From an uncultured delta proteobacterium (GTDB lineage: Bacteria > Desulfobacterota > Desulfobacteria > Desulfobacterales > JAFDCJ01): a stretch of DNA of 64,000 bases. A program made the position numbers and the translations under genes. The stretch is from positions 1 to 64,000 of the forward strand of contig CAVYNY010000008.1 of assembly GCA_963769935.1 (NCBI GenBank), read 5' to 3'. Under the pieces are notes generated by a model. That model had not been told where the DNA came from and did no database searches. It saw only the letters and a program-made list of their open reading frames with translations. Position 1 is the first letter of the stretch, and every line of letters starts with the position of its first letter. Shown one piece after another: positions 41,701-55,009 of the stretch.

Positions 41701-42041
41701 CAGCCCAGCTGGCCGCGGCCGGCGATCATGCCGAGCTAGCCAACCGGATCTGCTGGTTCGGTGCTACGCGCGGTGCTTATGTCGAGGTTATGGTTGCCTG
41801 CGAGCGAGCGGTCGCGCTGGATCCCGATAACGCTGGGTTTCGCGACAGCCGCGGACTTGCCCGGGCTCAGGCGGGAGAAATCGCCAGCGCCATCGAGGAT
41901 TTCCGCACATACGTGGACGCCGTCAAGAAAGACAGCAACAAAGCGAATCGCCGTTCCCGGCGTCAGTCCTGGATTCAAGCCCTGGAGGCCGGCCGCGATC
42001 CGTTCGACTCCATGGAGCTTTACCGCATCCGGAATGAGTAA
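38781..42041 (+). CDS. TIR domain-TM-WD40 repeat-TPR protein
   Basis: AFISYSH..VFRDET..SYWVRKE; one TM helix; many WD repeats; C-terminal TPR-like DSRGLARA; GGAGG RBS. Confidence 0.88.
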   Translation: MGIKAVFQQILRKAGSPKREALSSPTTEFTYKAFISYSHAADGKLAPAVQTGLHRFAKPWYRLRAMRVFRDETTLATSPELWPSIESALMRSEFFLFLASPESAKSYWVRKEFEFWLSRRSKGRMLIILTDGEILWDRKARDFDWSATTAIPTDVGHGFQDEPLYLDLRWAKTQEHLSLRNLTFRSAIADVASTLLGRPKDELIGEDVRRHRQTRRITWSAIAALALLTAASIVAAVIAVRNQAIAETRGAIALSRQLAAQAVSLAGSERGDLSLLLGMEALKVRPTVDARNGLLAALIRDPRRRFHLHGHMGEIISLAFTADGRELLSLGCEGLDTLGLCKHFGVRRWDANSGQTKGLAIVGGADPWTLLTSTGDGESIVVQDRHGNEWDPKTGRPLGRRSIVSRKSPDGRILVETANHSLILRAADSNRQLAIKFSTAGETMRSVEFNKSAALVAIGGSKGELQLWDTDALLAGSRDPRRIMDAHSAAVIDLEFSPDGQYLVTASWDDAVLLWNLNSETSPRRLAEGVNVSSVIFSRDGRWLVIAVSIGDRGGELHLWDAQRWQLLEKLAGKAPIALDPQGRLLAAAGADGAVIMRDLDITRPLGRPLSDPGDPMCLTFLDGGRFLAVGDRDQTLRVWDVESGQADRPPIHTKQNWIQALAAHPDGKHLASGGQDGSVLLWNLENRSSEPEPQLVGRHEAPVEALAFSKDGRYLVSGGFDDKLRFWTVNTADQPPGIATIDTGQDIYEVVFDRSASRVAAAAEDGTVLIWQLLTNGAVGHVVGTHLLQSDGMTGLAFGPQDRFLVSSSLEQTQLWGLEPNEPRVRAPIAGSFAALDPSGKLIAVVTDSGEIQLVDVEAWRIFDATLGRHENLVHAMAFSPDGRHLASAAKDDLVLWDVDLASWLERACAIARRNLTSEEWETYLGSLSYRTSCPDTEKPAEIPLDAERALGLAVRAAKLAESAQARSFFTKAAQLAAAGDHAELANRICWFGATRGAYVEVMVACERAVALDPDNAGFRDSRGLARAQAGEIASAIEDFRTYVDAVKKDSNKANRRSRRQSWIQALEAGRDPFDSMELYRIRNE

Positions 42042-42255
42042 GAACCTGAGTTTTATACAAAAATACACCTCGGGGAAGCTGGAGGTCAAGTTATCGCAAT
42101 GGATTTGGACCGCTGGTTTTTGCAAAAAAACTAAGGTATTCAGAATCAGGGGAGATCTGCGGAAATCCATGTCCTCTAATTATCGCTGGTTTCCTGATAT
42201 TTAGTTTTGGTATTCGAAAAACCTTGAAGAAATCGAACAGGTTCTGCTAAGAATA

Positions 42256-42465
42256 ACTGAAATCGCCGAAATTAAAGTTGTGGCGCCGAATATGGCCTTA
42301 AAAGTCATCGACCGTGCCATTCAGGCTCACGGCGGCATGGGTGTCTGCAACGATACCTGGCTGGCAGCAGCCTACGCCAACATCCGGACACTGCGTCTGG
42401 CCGACGGTCCGGACGAAGTTCATCGCGAAGTCATCGCCAGACTGGAATTAAGGAAAGAGACATGA
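42256..42465 (+). pseudogene. Acyl-CoA dehydrogenase C-terminal fragment
   Basis: [30 protein letters not shown]; no N-terminus. Confidence 0.8.
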
Positions 42466-43502
42466 AAACAGATGCCAAATTAACACCGGTGCGCGAGGCG
42501 CATCGCTTTGATGAGAGTGCGCTGGACATTTATCTAAAAAAAAATTTGCATGGCTACCAGGGTCCCCTCACCGTCCAGCAGTTTGAAGGCGGCCAGTCAA
42601 ATCCCACATTTCTTCTGACGGCCGTCGGAAAAAAATATGTGCTGCGCAAAAAACCGCCCGGCGATCTCCTGCCGTCGGCCCACCAGGTGGATCGCGAGTT
42701 CCGGGTGATGAAAGCCCTGGAAAAATCAGAAGTGCCGGTTCCCGAAATGTACCTGCTATGCGAAGACAAAAACGTGATCGGTACAATCTTTTTTGTAATG
42801 GAACATGTTCAGGGACGCGTTCTGGAAGACATCTCACTGCCGGGTATGACGCCGGATGAAAGACACGCCATTTATTTTGATATGATCCGGGTATTAGCGG
42901 CCTTGCATTCGGTGGATTATGGTGTCCTGGGGCTGGACGATTTCGGTAAACCGGGCAATTACTTCATCCGCCAGATCGGCCGCTGGTCGAAGCAGTATGT
43001 GGCGGCCAAGACCGATGAAATAGAATCCATGGAGCGTCTGATGGAATATCTGCCGGCCAACGTGCCGGTAGACGACACCAGCTGTATCGTCCACGGTGAC
43101 TATCGCATGGGCAACATGCTCCTCCATCCCACCGAACCCAGGATAGTGGCACTGCTGGACTGGGAGCTTTCAACCCTCGGCCATCCTCTCGGCGATCTGG
43201 GTTACAGCTGTATGTTCTATCGGTCCGGAATTGCCGGAAGAATCAGTCTGGACGGCCTGACCGGCTCTTCCACCGGCATTCCGACCGAAGATGAATTTCT
43301 GGCGGAATACTGCCGCTTAAGCGGCCGCTGCGGCATAGCCCACTGGAATTTTTATCTGGCCTTTTCTTTTTTTCGCCTGGCCAGTATTCTGCAGGGAGTC
43401 TATAAGCGGGGAATCATGGGTAACGCCAGCTCCACCGAAGCCATTGAAAGAGGCCGCATGGCCCGGGAGATCGCGGATCTCGCCTGGTCGCTCCTGGAAT
43501 GA
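42462..43502 (+). CDS. APH-family phosphotransferase (ACAD10/11-like)
   Basis: [29 protein letters not shown]. Confidence 0.92.
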   Translation: MKTDAKLTPVREAHRFDESALDIYLKKNLHGYQGPLTVQQFEGGQSNPTFLLTAVGKKYVLRKKPPGDLLPSAHQVDREFRVMKALEKSEVPVPEMYLLCEDKNVIGTIFFVMEHVQGRVLEDISLPGMTPDERHAIYFDMIRVLAALHSVDYGVLGLDDFGKPGNYFIRQIGRWSKQYVAAKTDEIESMERLMEYLPANVPVDDTSCIVHGDYRMGNMLLHPTEPRIVALLDWELSTLGHPLGDLGYSCMFYRSGIAGRISLDGLTGSSTGIPTEDEFLAEYCRLSGRCGIAHWNFYLAFSFFRLASILQGVYKRGIMGNASSTEAIERGRMAREIADLAWSLLE

Positions 43503-43612
43503 TGAATGACGAATGACGATTGAATAATTATGGATTTTTATCTTAATTTATTTAAAAAGACAGAATTCCACAAATATTCAATATTCAATCGTCAATATTC
43601 ATTTGAAATCTT

Positions 43613-44161
43613 ATGGCAAGAATCTATCTGGTGCGTCACGGCAGAGCGGCGTCCGGCTGGGGTTTGGAAAAAGATCCCGAGCTTGACGACTTGGGTCGTT
43701 CTCAGGCGAAGGCCGCAGCCCAAAAATTGGCTCCTCGGGGACCGCTTCCCATTATTACCAGTCCGCTTAACCGCGCCAGGGCAACGGCCGCACCGTTGGC
43801 TGAAATTTGGCAATGTGAGACCAGAATTGAACCACGCCTCGGGGAGATACCATTTCCTTCCGAAACTCCAACGAACAGGGTCGGCTGGCTTAAAGAAGTG
43901 ATGATCGACCACTGGTCAAATCTTGATCGAAAACTTCGCGCATGGCGCCAGGATGTTATCGAGACGATCTTTTCGATTACAGCGGACAGTGTGATTTTCA
44001 GCCATTTCATTGCAATTAACGTTGCGGTTGGTTTTGCCGTTGAGGACGACCAGGTCGTCATCTTCAGACCGGACAACGCCTCAATCACTATTTTGGAGAC
44101 CAAGGCAGACCGCGTAAATCTTATAAAGCGAGGAGATGAAGCCGATACCCGGGTCAACTGA
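43613..44161 (+). CDS. Histidine phosphatase family protein
   Basis: LVRHG, SPLNRA, SH. Confidence 0.88.
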   Translation: MARIYLVRHGRAASGWGLEKDPELDDLGRSQAKAAAQKLAPRGPLPIITSPLNRARATAAPLAEIWQCETRIEPRLGEIPFPSETPTNRVGWLKEVMIDHWSNLDRKLRAWRQDVIETIFSITADSVIFSHFIAINVAVGFAVEDDQVVIFRPDNASITILETKADRVNLIKRGDEADTRVN

Positions 44162-44193
44162 CCGCCTGAATTTGTTCTGGAAGGAACACACTT

Positions 44194-45041
44194 ATGACAC
44201 AAGATACCACGATTCTACTAGACGGGCTCCTCTTTCCGGAGGGGCCGCGATGGCATGCTGATAAACTCTGGTTTTCCGATATGCAGGGTCTTCACGTGAT
44301 GACCGTGGATCTGGCCGGCAACAGCGAAAAAATAGTTAAGGTCAAAGGATCGCCATCCGGTCTGGGGTGGCTCCCGGACGGACGGCTGTTGGTCGTCTCG
44401 ATGATCGATCGGCGCCTGCTGCGTCTCGACCCGTATCGGATTGGTGGAAATCGCCGACTTGAGAAAACTCGCTTCGTTTCATTGCAATGACATGGTGGTG
44501 GATAAACAAGGCCGGGCCTATATCGGCAATTTTGGTTTTGATCTGGCGGCCCAAGCACCGCTTAAACCGGCAGAGATTGTGCTTGTAACCGCCACCGGCG
44601 ACATGCGGGTTGTGGCGCAAGATCTGCTCTTTCCCAACGGCACGGTCATTAGCGCCCGACGATCGGACGTTGATTGTGGCCGAAACCTGGGGCAATCGCC
44701 TGACCGCATTCGATATCAACCCCGACGGCAGTCTTGAAAATCGCCGTATCTGGGCCAAATTTGAGGACGTATATCCCGATGGAATTTGTCTGGACGCAGA
44801 AGGGGCAATCTGGGTAGCGGCCCCTTATCCCGGAGAAGTTGTGCGGGTTCAGGAGGGAGGCAACATTACGCACCGTTTGAAGGTTTCGGCCAAACCCTAT
44901 GCCTGTATGCTCGGCGGAGCGGACCGCTGCACCCTGTTTGTGTGTACGGCGGAATCTCACAATCCGGACGAGGTTCGCCTGAAACCCGGCGGCAAAATCG
45001 AAATTGTGCAAGTCGAGGTCCCCGGAGCGGGTCTTCCCTAA
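44194..45041 (+). CDS. SMP-30/gluconolactonase family protein (frameshifted)
   Basis: FPEGPRW, CNDMVVD, FPNG, PDGICLD across three frames. Confidence 0.85.
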
Positions 45042-45192
45042 ATGTGACATTGATTTGAACATTAATATTTGATGGTTACCTTATTTGACACATTAATTTT
45101 TTGATATCTTTTTTAACTACAAACAACAAGCAGCACACAACAAACCCCCTGCTCGAGCTTTACGCCTTGATCAGGGTAAAAACGGAGCATTA

Positions 45193-46255
45193 ATGTCTGA
45201 GCAGCCTGCCAAGAATTTTGATTTTGAAGTCGGCGTGTACCGTCCCCCGAGTGAAGGCGGCAGCCACTCGCTGCTGGTGCGGGTAACCCGCAACTGCCCC
45301 TGGAACCGGTGCGAGTTTTGCGCGATGTATAAAACCGAAAAGTTTGAACTAAGATCCCCCGCCGAAGTCAAGGGCGATATCGACACGATTGCCGATATCT
45401 GCAATAAACTTAGAGACATATCCTGGAAACTCGGCTTTGGCGGCAACGTTACCCGTGAGGCTGCCATCGAACTATTGAATTCAGAGCCGGAGCTGAATTA
45501 CCATCAGGGTTTTGTCATGGTTTATAACTGGATACAAGCCGGCGCTAAAACCGCATTTCTGCAGGATGCCAACAGCCTGATTATGAAGACCGATCAACTG
45601 GTGGATATTCTGCGGCATTTGAGAAAAACGTTTTCGTCCCTGAACCGGGTGACGTCCTATGCCCGGTCCAAAACCCTGGCTCAAAAAAAACTGGACGAGT
45701 TAATCGCCATTCGCGAGGCAGGTTTGGACCGCGTGCATATCGGTTTGGAAACCGGCGATGACGAACTGCTGGAAAAAATCAAAAAAGGCGTAACCAGCGC
45801 AGGGACATATCAAGGGCGGCCAAAAAGCTATGCAAGCCGGATTTCAGGTATCCGAATACTGGATGCCGGGTCTGGGCGGGACCCGGATGTGGCAGAACCA
45901 TGCCATAAATACCGCCCGGGTGTTAAACGAAATCAATCCGCACTACATTCGTTCGCGACCGTTTTATCCCGTCCCGGGAACACCCATGCATGAGCACATG
46001 AGCAGCGGCGAATTTCAGCTGCTGTCGGCCGACGAACAATTGATGGAATTAAAGCTGATGATGGAACACCTGAATGTTGCCTCAAAAGTCTGCTTTGATC
46101 ATGCCGGCAACTACTGGCATAACCGGCACGGCGGACTCTTGTTCAGCCAGAGCTACGAAGGCTATAAGTTTCCGGAAGAAAAACCCAGGGTGTTGGAGCT
46201 GATTGATGAGGGCCTGACGGCCGGAAACAGACGTCCCGAATTTTTAAGGTTCTGA
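45193..46255 (+). CDS. Radical SAM protein (frameshifted ~45810)
   Basis: CPWNRCEFC; GLETG. Confidence 0.85.
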
Positions 46256-46518
46256 TTTTTACGCTGTAAAAATCAGATCATAATCCAATTGCAAATAATA
46301 AGGCACGGCCTAGTGGCGAACCAGGCTTATAACAGGAGCAAAGTTTCAGACAAATTTAAATTACCGAGACGCCTTAAACGAAGGAAAATTAATCCGGCGT
46401 CAGGCATGGTTTTAGCCGCCTTTGCTTTAAGCGAAGACACGCCGGCCCAAGTGGTTCAATTAAAGGAATTCAGCGCGGCGGTTGACGCCTGGATAGGAAT
46501 ATTTTGACAGTTTTCCGA

Positions 46519-47343
46519 ATGAAAAACATGCCGATCTTGCCGCTGGCCTGCATCCTGGCATTATTGCTCGGATGTTCTTCACACAGGGCTGCCGAGGGAC
46601 CGTCCCCCAATACCAGACGTATCGTTGACCTTGTCATCGATGAAAATTCTACATCATTGATTCTCACAATAAAAGGCAACCGCCCCCTTGTCTATACGAC
46701 CAGCAGGCCTGCTGACCCAAAAGCCATATTGCTTCGATTTCCCGATACCGGTTTGGGGTTCAGCCGCAACCGATTTCAACCGCCGGAAAATAATTTTATC
46801 AGTGTGATCAGAACCGGCGAAATTGATGAAAACAATACACCAACGTCCAACATATTGATTAGCCTGAAAAAGGAAGCGTCCTACGATCTGGTGCCGGTTG
46901 AAGCCGGGTTGCAGGTCGTCTTTCCAAAGTCCCCTGCCCTTTCAGGCAGCACCAAAATGCCGCAGAAAACTGCCGACCCCAAGCCGCAGCCAAAGCCGAA
47001 TCAGAAAAACACACCGGTCGCTACGATTCTTAAAACAGTCACTACAAAATCTCTGGCGGATAATTTTGTCGTCAACGTTGAAGCCGACGGCGCCATTAAA
47101 AATTACAAGACATTTATCATGAAAAACCCCGCTCGCATCGTATTTGACTTTTACCAAGTTAAAAGCGCACACCGCGGTGAGCAAAGAGTTGATGTTGAAT
47201 CGAAATGGGTGAAACGAATCCGCTATTTTGGTCATCCGGATAAACTGCGGCTGGTGATCGAGACCTATAACGATTATATATCCAAATATTCATCCGTGCC
47301 GACGGACACCGGTCTGATCATTTATATAGGCCAAACTAAATAG
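46519..47343 (+). CDS. AMIN-domain lipoprotein
   Basis: LLGC lipobox; NPARIVFDF, KLRLVIE. Confidence 0.75.
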   Translation: MKNMPILPLACILALLLGCSSHRAAEGPSPNTRRIVDLVIDENSTSLILTIKGNRPLVYTTSRPADPKAILLRFPDTGLGFSRNRFQPPENNFISVIRTGEIDENNTPTSNILISLKKEASYDLVPVEAGLQVVFPKSPALSGSTKMPQKTADPKPQPKPNQKNTPVATILKTVTTKSLADNFVVNVEADGAIKNYKTFIMKNPARIVFDFYQVKSAHRGEQRVDVESKWVKRIRYFGHPDKLRLVIETYNDYISKYSSVPTDTGLIIYIGQTK

Positions 47344-47681
47344 AACCATTCCAAGCTGTCAAACATCCCACCCCCTGCGCGCTCAGATAAGGCTGCATCT
47401 CCTACCAATAAATAAATTCTATAGCTATTGACTTTGCCCGTTATTTTTAGGTCTTGACAATTCCACAGGAAACACGTAGGAATTTTTGTAATTTATCATC
47501 CCCGGAAGATCAGGTTGGAACCGCCTGAATCTAACATAATAATGCGTTAACGATTTTTCCCATCGGATAATCCCCAAAATGAATGCTATGGCATTCAATT
47601 TCCGAAAAGGTCAATTCGGTGAATTCAACTCGGGATATCTGCAACTCAAAACGAATGTTTATCAGATGAAAGGAGACGGTT

Positions 47682-48958
47682 ATGAAATTTAGAAAATTGA
47701 CTCTGGTTTTGGCAGGTTTGGCCCTTTTTGCCATGGTGGGCGGAACCGCCATGGCGGCCGACACCATCAAAATTGCGTACATCGATCCGCTGTCAGGCGC
47801 TTTTGCGGGGGTGGGGGATGCCGGCTACAAGCATTTTCAATACAATGCCGAATTGATCAATGCCAAGGGCGGGGTTCTCGGCGGCAAGATGTTTGAGATT
47901 GTGCCCTTCGACAACAAAGTCAGCCCCAAGGATAGCCTGATTCAGCTTAAAAGCGCCATCGATCAGGGCATCCAGATCATCACCCAGGGCAACGGCTCCA
48001 GTGTGGCCGGGGCCTTGATCGAAGCGGTGAACAAACACAATAAACGCAATCCCGACAAACCGGTTCTTTATCTGAACTATGCGGCGGTCACCCCGGCGTT
48101 TACCAATGAAAAGTGCAGTTTCTGGCACTTCCGCTTCGACGCCCATGTGGACATGAAGATTGCGGCCATCACCGACTACATCAAAGAGCAGAAAAGACAT
48201 TACCAAGGTCTATCTGATCAATCAGGACTATGTCTTCGGCCATGCCGTCAGCGATGCAGCCAAAGCCATGCTTAAGGAAAAGCGTCCGGATATCGAGATT
48301 GTCGGCGACACCTTCACCCCGCTGGGCAAAGTCAAGGATTTTTCACCCTATGTCGCCAAGATCCAGGCCACCGGCGCGCAAGCCGTCATTACCGGAAACT
48401 GGGGTGCGGACATGTCGCTGCTTGTCAAGGCCGCTAAAGATGCCGGTCTCGATGCGCAATTCTATACCTTCTACGGCAGCGGTCTGGGCGCGCCCGCGGC
48501 CATCGGTGAGGCGGGCATCGGCAAGCTCATTTCGGTCACCGAATGGCATCTCGACCTGAACCAGGAAGAAAACAACAAAGAAGACGAAGAGTTTTTCCTG
48601 GGCTATCAGGAAAAGTATTCGGACGGCGGCAAGGTCTCCCTACTACTACGGCCGCATCCGCACCGAAATGGACATGCTGGCCGCGGCCATCAATAAGGCC
48701 GGCAGCACCAACCCCAAAGACATCGCCTATGCCCTGGAAGGCATGGAGTATGAAACCCCGTACGGCAAAGTCCTCATGCGGGCCGAAGATCATCAGCTGA
48801 TCCAGCCGCTGTACCTTTCGGTCTATGCCAAGGCCGGTGAAGGGACCGTTAAATATGACGCCGAAAATTCCGGCGTCGGCTTTAAAACCCTCAAGCGGAT
48901 CGAGGCTGCGGCCACAGCCATGCCGACGACCTGCCAGATGGTACGTCCGCCGAAATAG
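47682..48958 (+). CDS. Liv-type ABC transporter substrate-binding protein (frameshifted)
   Basis: Signal peptide, IDPLSG, DFSPYV, TGNWG, MRAEDHQ. Confidence 0.88.
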
Positions 48959-48989
48959 GCCAATTCTATCGGATTACAATTTATAACAA

Positions 48990-49022
48990 GGCCTTGCCGG
49001 ATCAAGTCTTTCCGGCAAGGCC
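48990..49022 (+). terminator. Hairpin between SBP and permease genes
   Basis: GGCCTTGCCGGA...TCCGGCAAGGCC, no T tract (possible mRNA stabiliser). Confidence 0.5.
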
Positions 49023-49155
49023 GGAGCCGACTGTTGCAGGCGCAGTCCCCGCTGTTGAGGGAGACTATGTGCCGGCACAGCGGACGGCCGTGGTAAATCG
49101 CACCGCCCGTTCCTTAACTTTTCACTGCACCACGTTTAATCAGGAAAGCAATCAT

Positions 49156-50107
49156 ATGCTGGAATACGTTTTCTTTTCGATATTAAACAGCCTGGTGCTG
49201 GGCATGCTCCTTTTCATGCTCTCCAGCGGTCTCACACTGATTTTCAGCATGATGGGCGTACTCAATTTTGCCCATGCCAGCTTTTACATGCTGGGCGCTT
49301 ACTTCGGCTATCAGATCACCAAGATGATCGGCTTCTGGCCCGCGCTGGTCATCGCCCCTTTACTGGTGGGCGTCTTGGGGGCGCTGGTCGAACGCTACGG
49401 CCTCAGAACCGTCCACAAATACGGTCACGTGGCCGAGCTGTTGTTCACGGTCGGCCTTTTCTATATTATCGAAGAGAGCATCAACCTGATCTGGGGGCGT
49501 AATGCCGTGAACTATCCCATACCGGCGGCCCTTGATTTTCCGCTGTTTACCTTCTTAGGCGCCGAGTTTTCAGCCTACCGCATGTTTATGCTGGTTATTT
49601 CGGTGGCCATGTTCGTGGGGCTTTATCTGGTTTTAACCCGCACCCGCATCGGACTTGATTATTCAGGCCGCGCTGACCCATCCCGACGGCGTCAGCGCCC
49701 TGGGGCACAATGTGCCGGCGGTGTTTATGATGGTTTTTGGCGGCGGTTCCGCGTTGGCCGGACTTGCCGGGGTCATCGGCGGCATACTTTTGATTACCGA
49801 GCCGGCCATGGCCGCGACGTTGGGGCCGATCGTCTTTGTGGTGATCGTTGTCGGCGGTATGGGCTCTTTGACGGGTGCTTTCGTCGCCTCCCTGCTTTTG
49901 GCTGCCATCCAGACATTTGCGGTGGGCATCGAATATTCGTTGACCGACCTGTTTGCCTTATTCGGACTGCAAATCGATACCGGCGGCCTGCTGAGGGATA
50001 TTTGGCGCATCCAGTTGGCCCACACCGGCCCGATTCTACCCTATCTGTTTATGGTGTTGATGCTGATGTTTCGACCAAAAGGATTAATGGGGAAACGCGA
50101 ATCATGA
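49156..50107 (+). CDS. livH: ABC permease LivH-like (frameshifted)
   Basis: GLTLIFSMMGVLNFAH; VVGGMGS. Confidence 0.85.
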
Positions 50108-51389
50108 CCACGAGTGGCAAAGGAAATCATCCACATATGAAGGCTTACTGGCAGCAGGGCGGAATTTGGCTCGCGGCCGTTCTCGTTTGCGCCATACTAC
50201 CGTTGGTGTTCAACTCAGGCTTCGCCCTGTCCATGCTCAGCCAGATGGGGATCGCCATCATCTTTGCCCTCTCCTACAACATGCTGTTGGGACAGGGCGG
50301 CATGCTCTCTTTCGGGCATGCGGTTTATTACGGTTTGGGTGGATTTCTCGCCATGCACGCGATCAATATGGTCGGCGCCGGCGTGTTGCCGCTGCCGCTG
50401 GAGTTGTTGCCGCTGGTAGGCGGCGTGGGCGGGGTGGTCGCCGGTATGTTTTTCGGTTGGTTGTCCACGGATAGAGCCGGCACGACCTTTGCGCTCATTT
50501 CTCTGGGAATCGGCGAGTTGATCGCCGCCAGTGCACTCATGCTGCCGGGTTTCTTCGGTGGTGAAGAGGGAATTTCCGCCGACCGCATGGTCGGACACAC
50601 CCTGACCGGATTCGGCTTCGGTCAGCAGATCGAGGTCTTTTACCTGATTGCCGCCTGGATGCTGGTGTGTGTAGCGCTGATGTACCTGCAAACCAAGACC
50701 CCGTTGGGCAGGGTGGCCAATGCGGTGCGGGACAACCCCGAGCGCGCGGCTTTCATCGGCTACAACGCGCGTTGGGTCCGAACGCTGCAATTAACCTTGG
50801 CGGCCTTTTTCGCCGGTATTGCCGGCGGTCTGTTTGCCATCAATTATGAGATCATCACCGCCGAGACCATCGGCGCCATCCCATCGGGCAATGTATTGAT
50901 GATGACCTACATCGGTGGGATCGGCCATTTTTTCGGACCGATTCTGGGGGCAATCCTCGTCACCTTTATGCAGCTCTCCCTGGCCGGCATCACGCATGCC
51001 TGGCTGCTTTATTTCGGCCTGCTCTTCGTGGGCATGGTCCTATGGGCGCCGAACGGTTTGGCGGGTATCATCATGCTGCACCAGCCGGTGTGGCAGGCCG
51101 GCCTCATGAAACGGCTGCTGCCGGCTTACGGTCTGATCGCCCTGCCGAGCCTGGTGCTGTTTTCAGGCGCCATGACGCTGATCGAGATCAATTATCATCT
51201 CTCTTTAAGCATCAACCCGGATGAGCCCATGAGCCTGTTCGGCATTTCATTCCGCGCCCAATCGCCGCTTGCCTGGCTGGTGGCCGTCGTATTGATCGAT
51301 CGTCGGGTTTTATTTCTTTCGCAAGGCCCAACGCGTGGTGCGACGCAGCTGGAATGAAGTGACTCAAATGATGAAGGAGAGGGCGATAA
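50104..51389 (+). CDS. livM: ABC permease LivM-like (frameshift near 3' end)
   Basis: SYNMLLGQGGMLSFGH, GGEEG, AVRDNPER. Confidence 0.85.
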
Positions 51390-51390
51390 T

Positions 51391-52138
<748 letters not shown>

Positions 52139-52838
52139 ATGCTGGAGGTCAAAGACCTGCACGCCTATTACGGCCGCAGCCACATTCTTGCAGGGCGTAA
52201 ATTTGAAGGTCGGCAACGGCGAAATCGTCAGTTTGCTGGGCCGCAACGGCGTCGGTCGATCGACTGTCTGCAAAACGATAATGGGGCTCGTGCCGCCCCG
52301 AGGGTTCGATCATTTATCAGGGCGAAGAGATCGCCGGACTGCAAGCCTCATACGATCGCACACAAAGGAATCGGATTTGTGCCCGAAGATCGCTGGATAT
52401 TTCCCGGGTCTGACCGTGCTGCAAAATCTTCAGCTGGGTTTGAAAGGCAGAAAACCGCAGGGACGCTGGACCATCGAGGACGTGTTCGAAATGTTTCCGA
52501 GACTGGGCGAGCGATCCAACGTCCAGGGCGGCTTGATTTCCGGCGGAGAACAGCAGATGCTGACCATCTGCCGCACACTGATGGGAGATCCCGACTTTAT
52601 CATGATTGACGAACCCACCGAAGGCCTGGCGCCCAAAATGGTTGAACAGGTCGGCAAACTGATCGAAGAAATCGCCCAGCGCGGCATTTCCGTGCTGCTG
52701 GTTGAGCAGAAGCTGAACATCGCCTTGAAGATATCCCAACGCTTATACATCATGGGCCATGGGCAGATTGTCTTTGAAGGCACCCCGGAAGACCTGAAAG
52801 CCGATGAATCCATACGCAAAGAATGGCTGGAGGTATAA
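52139..52838 (+). CDS. livF: ABC ATPase LivF-like (frameshifted)
   Basis: GRNGVG, SGGEQQML, DEPTEGLAP. Confidence 0.85.
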
Positions 52839-52985
52839 GGAATGAATATTGAAGATTGAAAATTGAATATTTAAGGATTTTAATCTTTTTAATTGACACA
52901 TTAGCTTTAATCAGGTGAAAGTCGAAAATAAAATAGACAGGATACCACAAATATTCAATCTTCAATTAGACTGGAGGGACTACTC

Positions 52986-54624
52986 ATGTTTGGTTTAATG
53001 CAGGATCGACCGTTGTTGATTTCATCACTGATTGAATTCGCCGCCCTGAATCATGGCGATGAAGAGATTGTTTCGCGAACCATTGAGGGCCCTGATTCAT
53101 CGGTACACCTATAAGGAATGCGCCGTGCGCTCCCGGCAACTGGCAAAAGCCCTCGACAAGCTCGGCGTCGAACAGAGCGACCGGATCGCCACCCTGGCCT
53201 GGAACGGATACCGTCACGTGGAAATTTATTACGGCGTTTCCGGCATGGGCGCCATCTGCCACACGATCAATCCGCGGCTGTTTCCCGAACAGATCGTTTA
53301 CATCGTCAACCATGCGGAAGACAAATATATCTTTATGGATTTGACCTTTGTCCCCCTGATCGAAAAAATCGTCGACCAAATCCCGCATGTAAAGGGCTTC
53401 GTCATCATGACGGACGAAGCCCATATGCCGCGAGACCAGGCTGCCGAATGTCATCTGCTATGAAAACCTGCTGGCCACCGCCGATGATGATTATCAATGG
53501 CCGGCCTTTGATGAACGCACCGCTTCTTCGCTTTGCTACACCTCCGGCACCACCGGAAACCCGAAAGGGGTGCTTGTTCAGCAACCGCTCCACCATCCTG
53601 CACAGCTATGCCGTCTGTACCCTGGACGGGCTGGGCTTGTCCAACCTGGAAACCATCCTGCCGGTGGTCCCCATGTTTCATGTCAATGCCTGGGGCATTC
53701 CGTATGCCGCTGCCATGTGCGGCGCCAAGATGGTCATGCCCGGAGCCAGAATGGATGGCGAATCCCTTTATGAGCTGATGGAAAGCGAGCAGGTAACTCT
53801 GTCGGCGGGAGTGCCGACGATCTGGATGATGCTGCTTGGCTATATGAAGGAAAACAACAAAAAGTTCTCCAGCATGAAGCGCACGGTTATCGGCGGTGCG
53901 GCAGCCCCCCGGGCGATGATCGAAACATTTGAAAAACAATACAAGGTCAATGTCATCCATGCCTGGGGCATGACGGAAATGAGCCCGCTGGGAACCGCCT
54001 GCAACCTGAAAAAGAAGCACCAGAACTTATCCCTCGATCAAAAGATCGATTTGTCGCTCAAACAGGGTCGGGCCATATACGGCGTCGACATGAAAATTGT
54101 CGACGGCCATCGGCAATGAGCTGCCCTGGGACGGCAAGGCCTTCGGCAACCTTCTCGTGCGAGGTCCCTGGATTACATCAGGGTACTTTAAAGGCGAAGG
54201 CGGTGACGCAGTGGATGAAGACGACTGGTTTGACACCGGCGATGTGGCCACCATCGATGCGGACGGCTACATGCAGATTACCGATCGCTCCAAGGATGTC
54301 ATTAAATCCGGCGGCGAGTGGATTTCTTCCATCGATGTCGAAAACGAAGCTGTCGGATGCCCCGGCATTGCCGAGGCGGCCGTGATTGCCGTGTCGCATC
54401 CGAAATGGGATGAGCGGCCCCTTCTGGTTGCCGTCAAAGAAGAGAATGCCAGTGTTACCAAAGAGGATGTCATCGAACATCTGAAGAGATCGCTGGCGAA
54501 ATGGCAGCTGCCCGACGATGTCATTTTTGTCGACCAATTGCCGCACACGGCCACCGGTAAGATTTTGAAGATGAAACTGCGCAGCGAGTACAAAGACTAT
54601 AAACTGCCGACTGATGGGGATTAA
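52986..54624 (+). CDS. Medium/long-chain fatty acid-CoA ligase (DmdB/AlkK-like; frameshifted)
   Basis: [40 protein letters not shown]. Confidence 0.88.
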
Positions 54625-55009
54625 TTATTCGCGTGGCCTAATTCAGCCATAAGGGAACTCTGCAAACTCTCGACTCAAGCCTGCGGAGTACTGCCGTGTT
54701 GGAGTAATGGAAAGACTGATTTTCGTATTTCGGCGGAATTATACTTTTATCTAACCGCGTCCTGCGACCGGTTTTAAAGCTGTGGCAAACCCGCTCTGGA
54801 AGACAGCATTTACAGAGCGGGTAAATATTTCAAATATTGGCTTTGAAAAAAATGATGGTTTTTATTTTAAGTTAAATTGGCATAAAGCAGCCTCTTCTCA
54901 AGGACTCTGGTTAAAACTCTCTGTACGCTCTGTGAGAGACACAAAAATCTTTTTTGGGTCAATTGCCGGCCACTGCTTTCAGGGGTAATATTTGACTATC
55001 TGAAGGGGA

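Noticed and set aside
48994..51357. 787-aa LivH-LivM fusion ORF
   Set aside because: Artefact of a frameshift at ~49660; livH ends at 50107 overlapping the livM ATG at 50104
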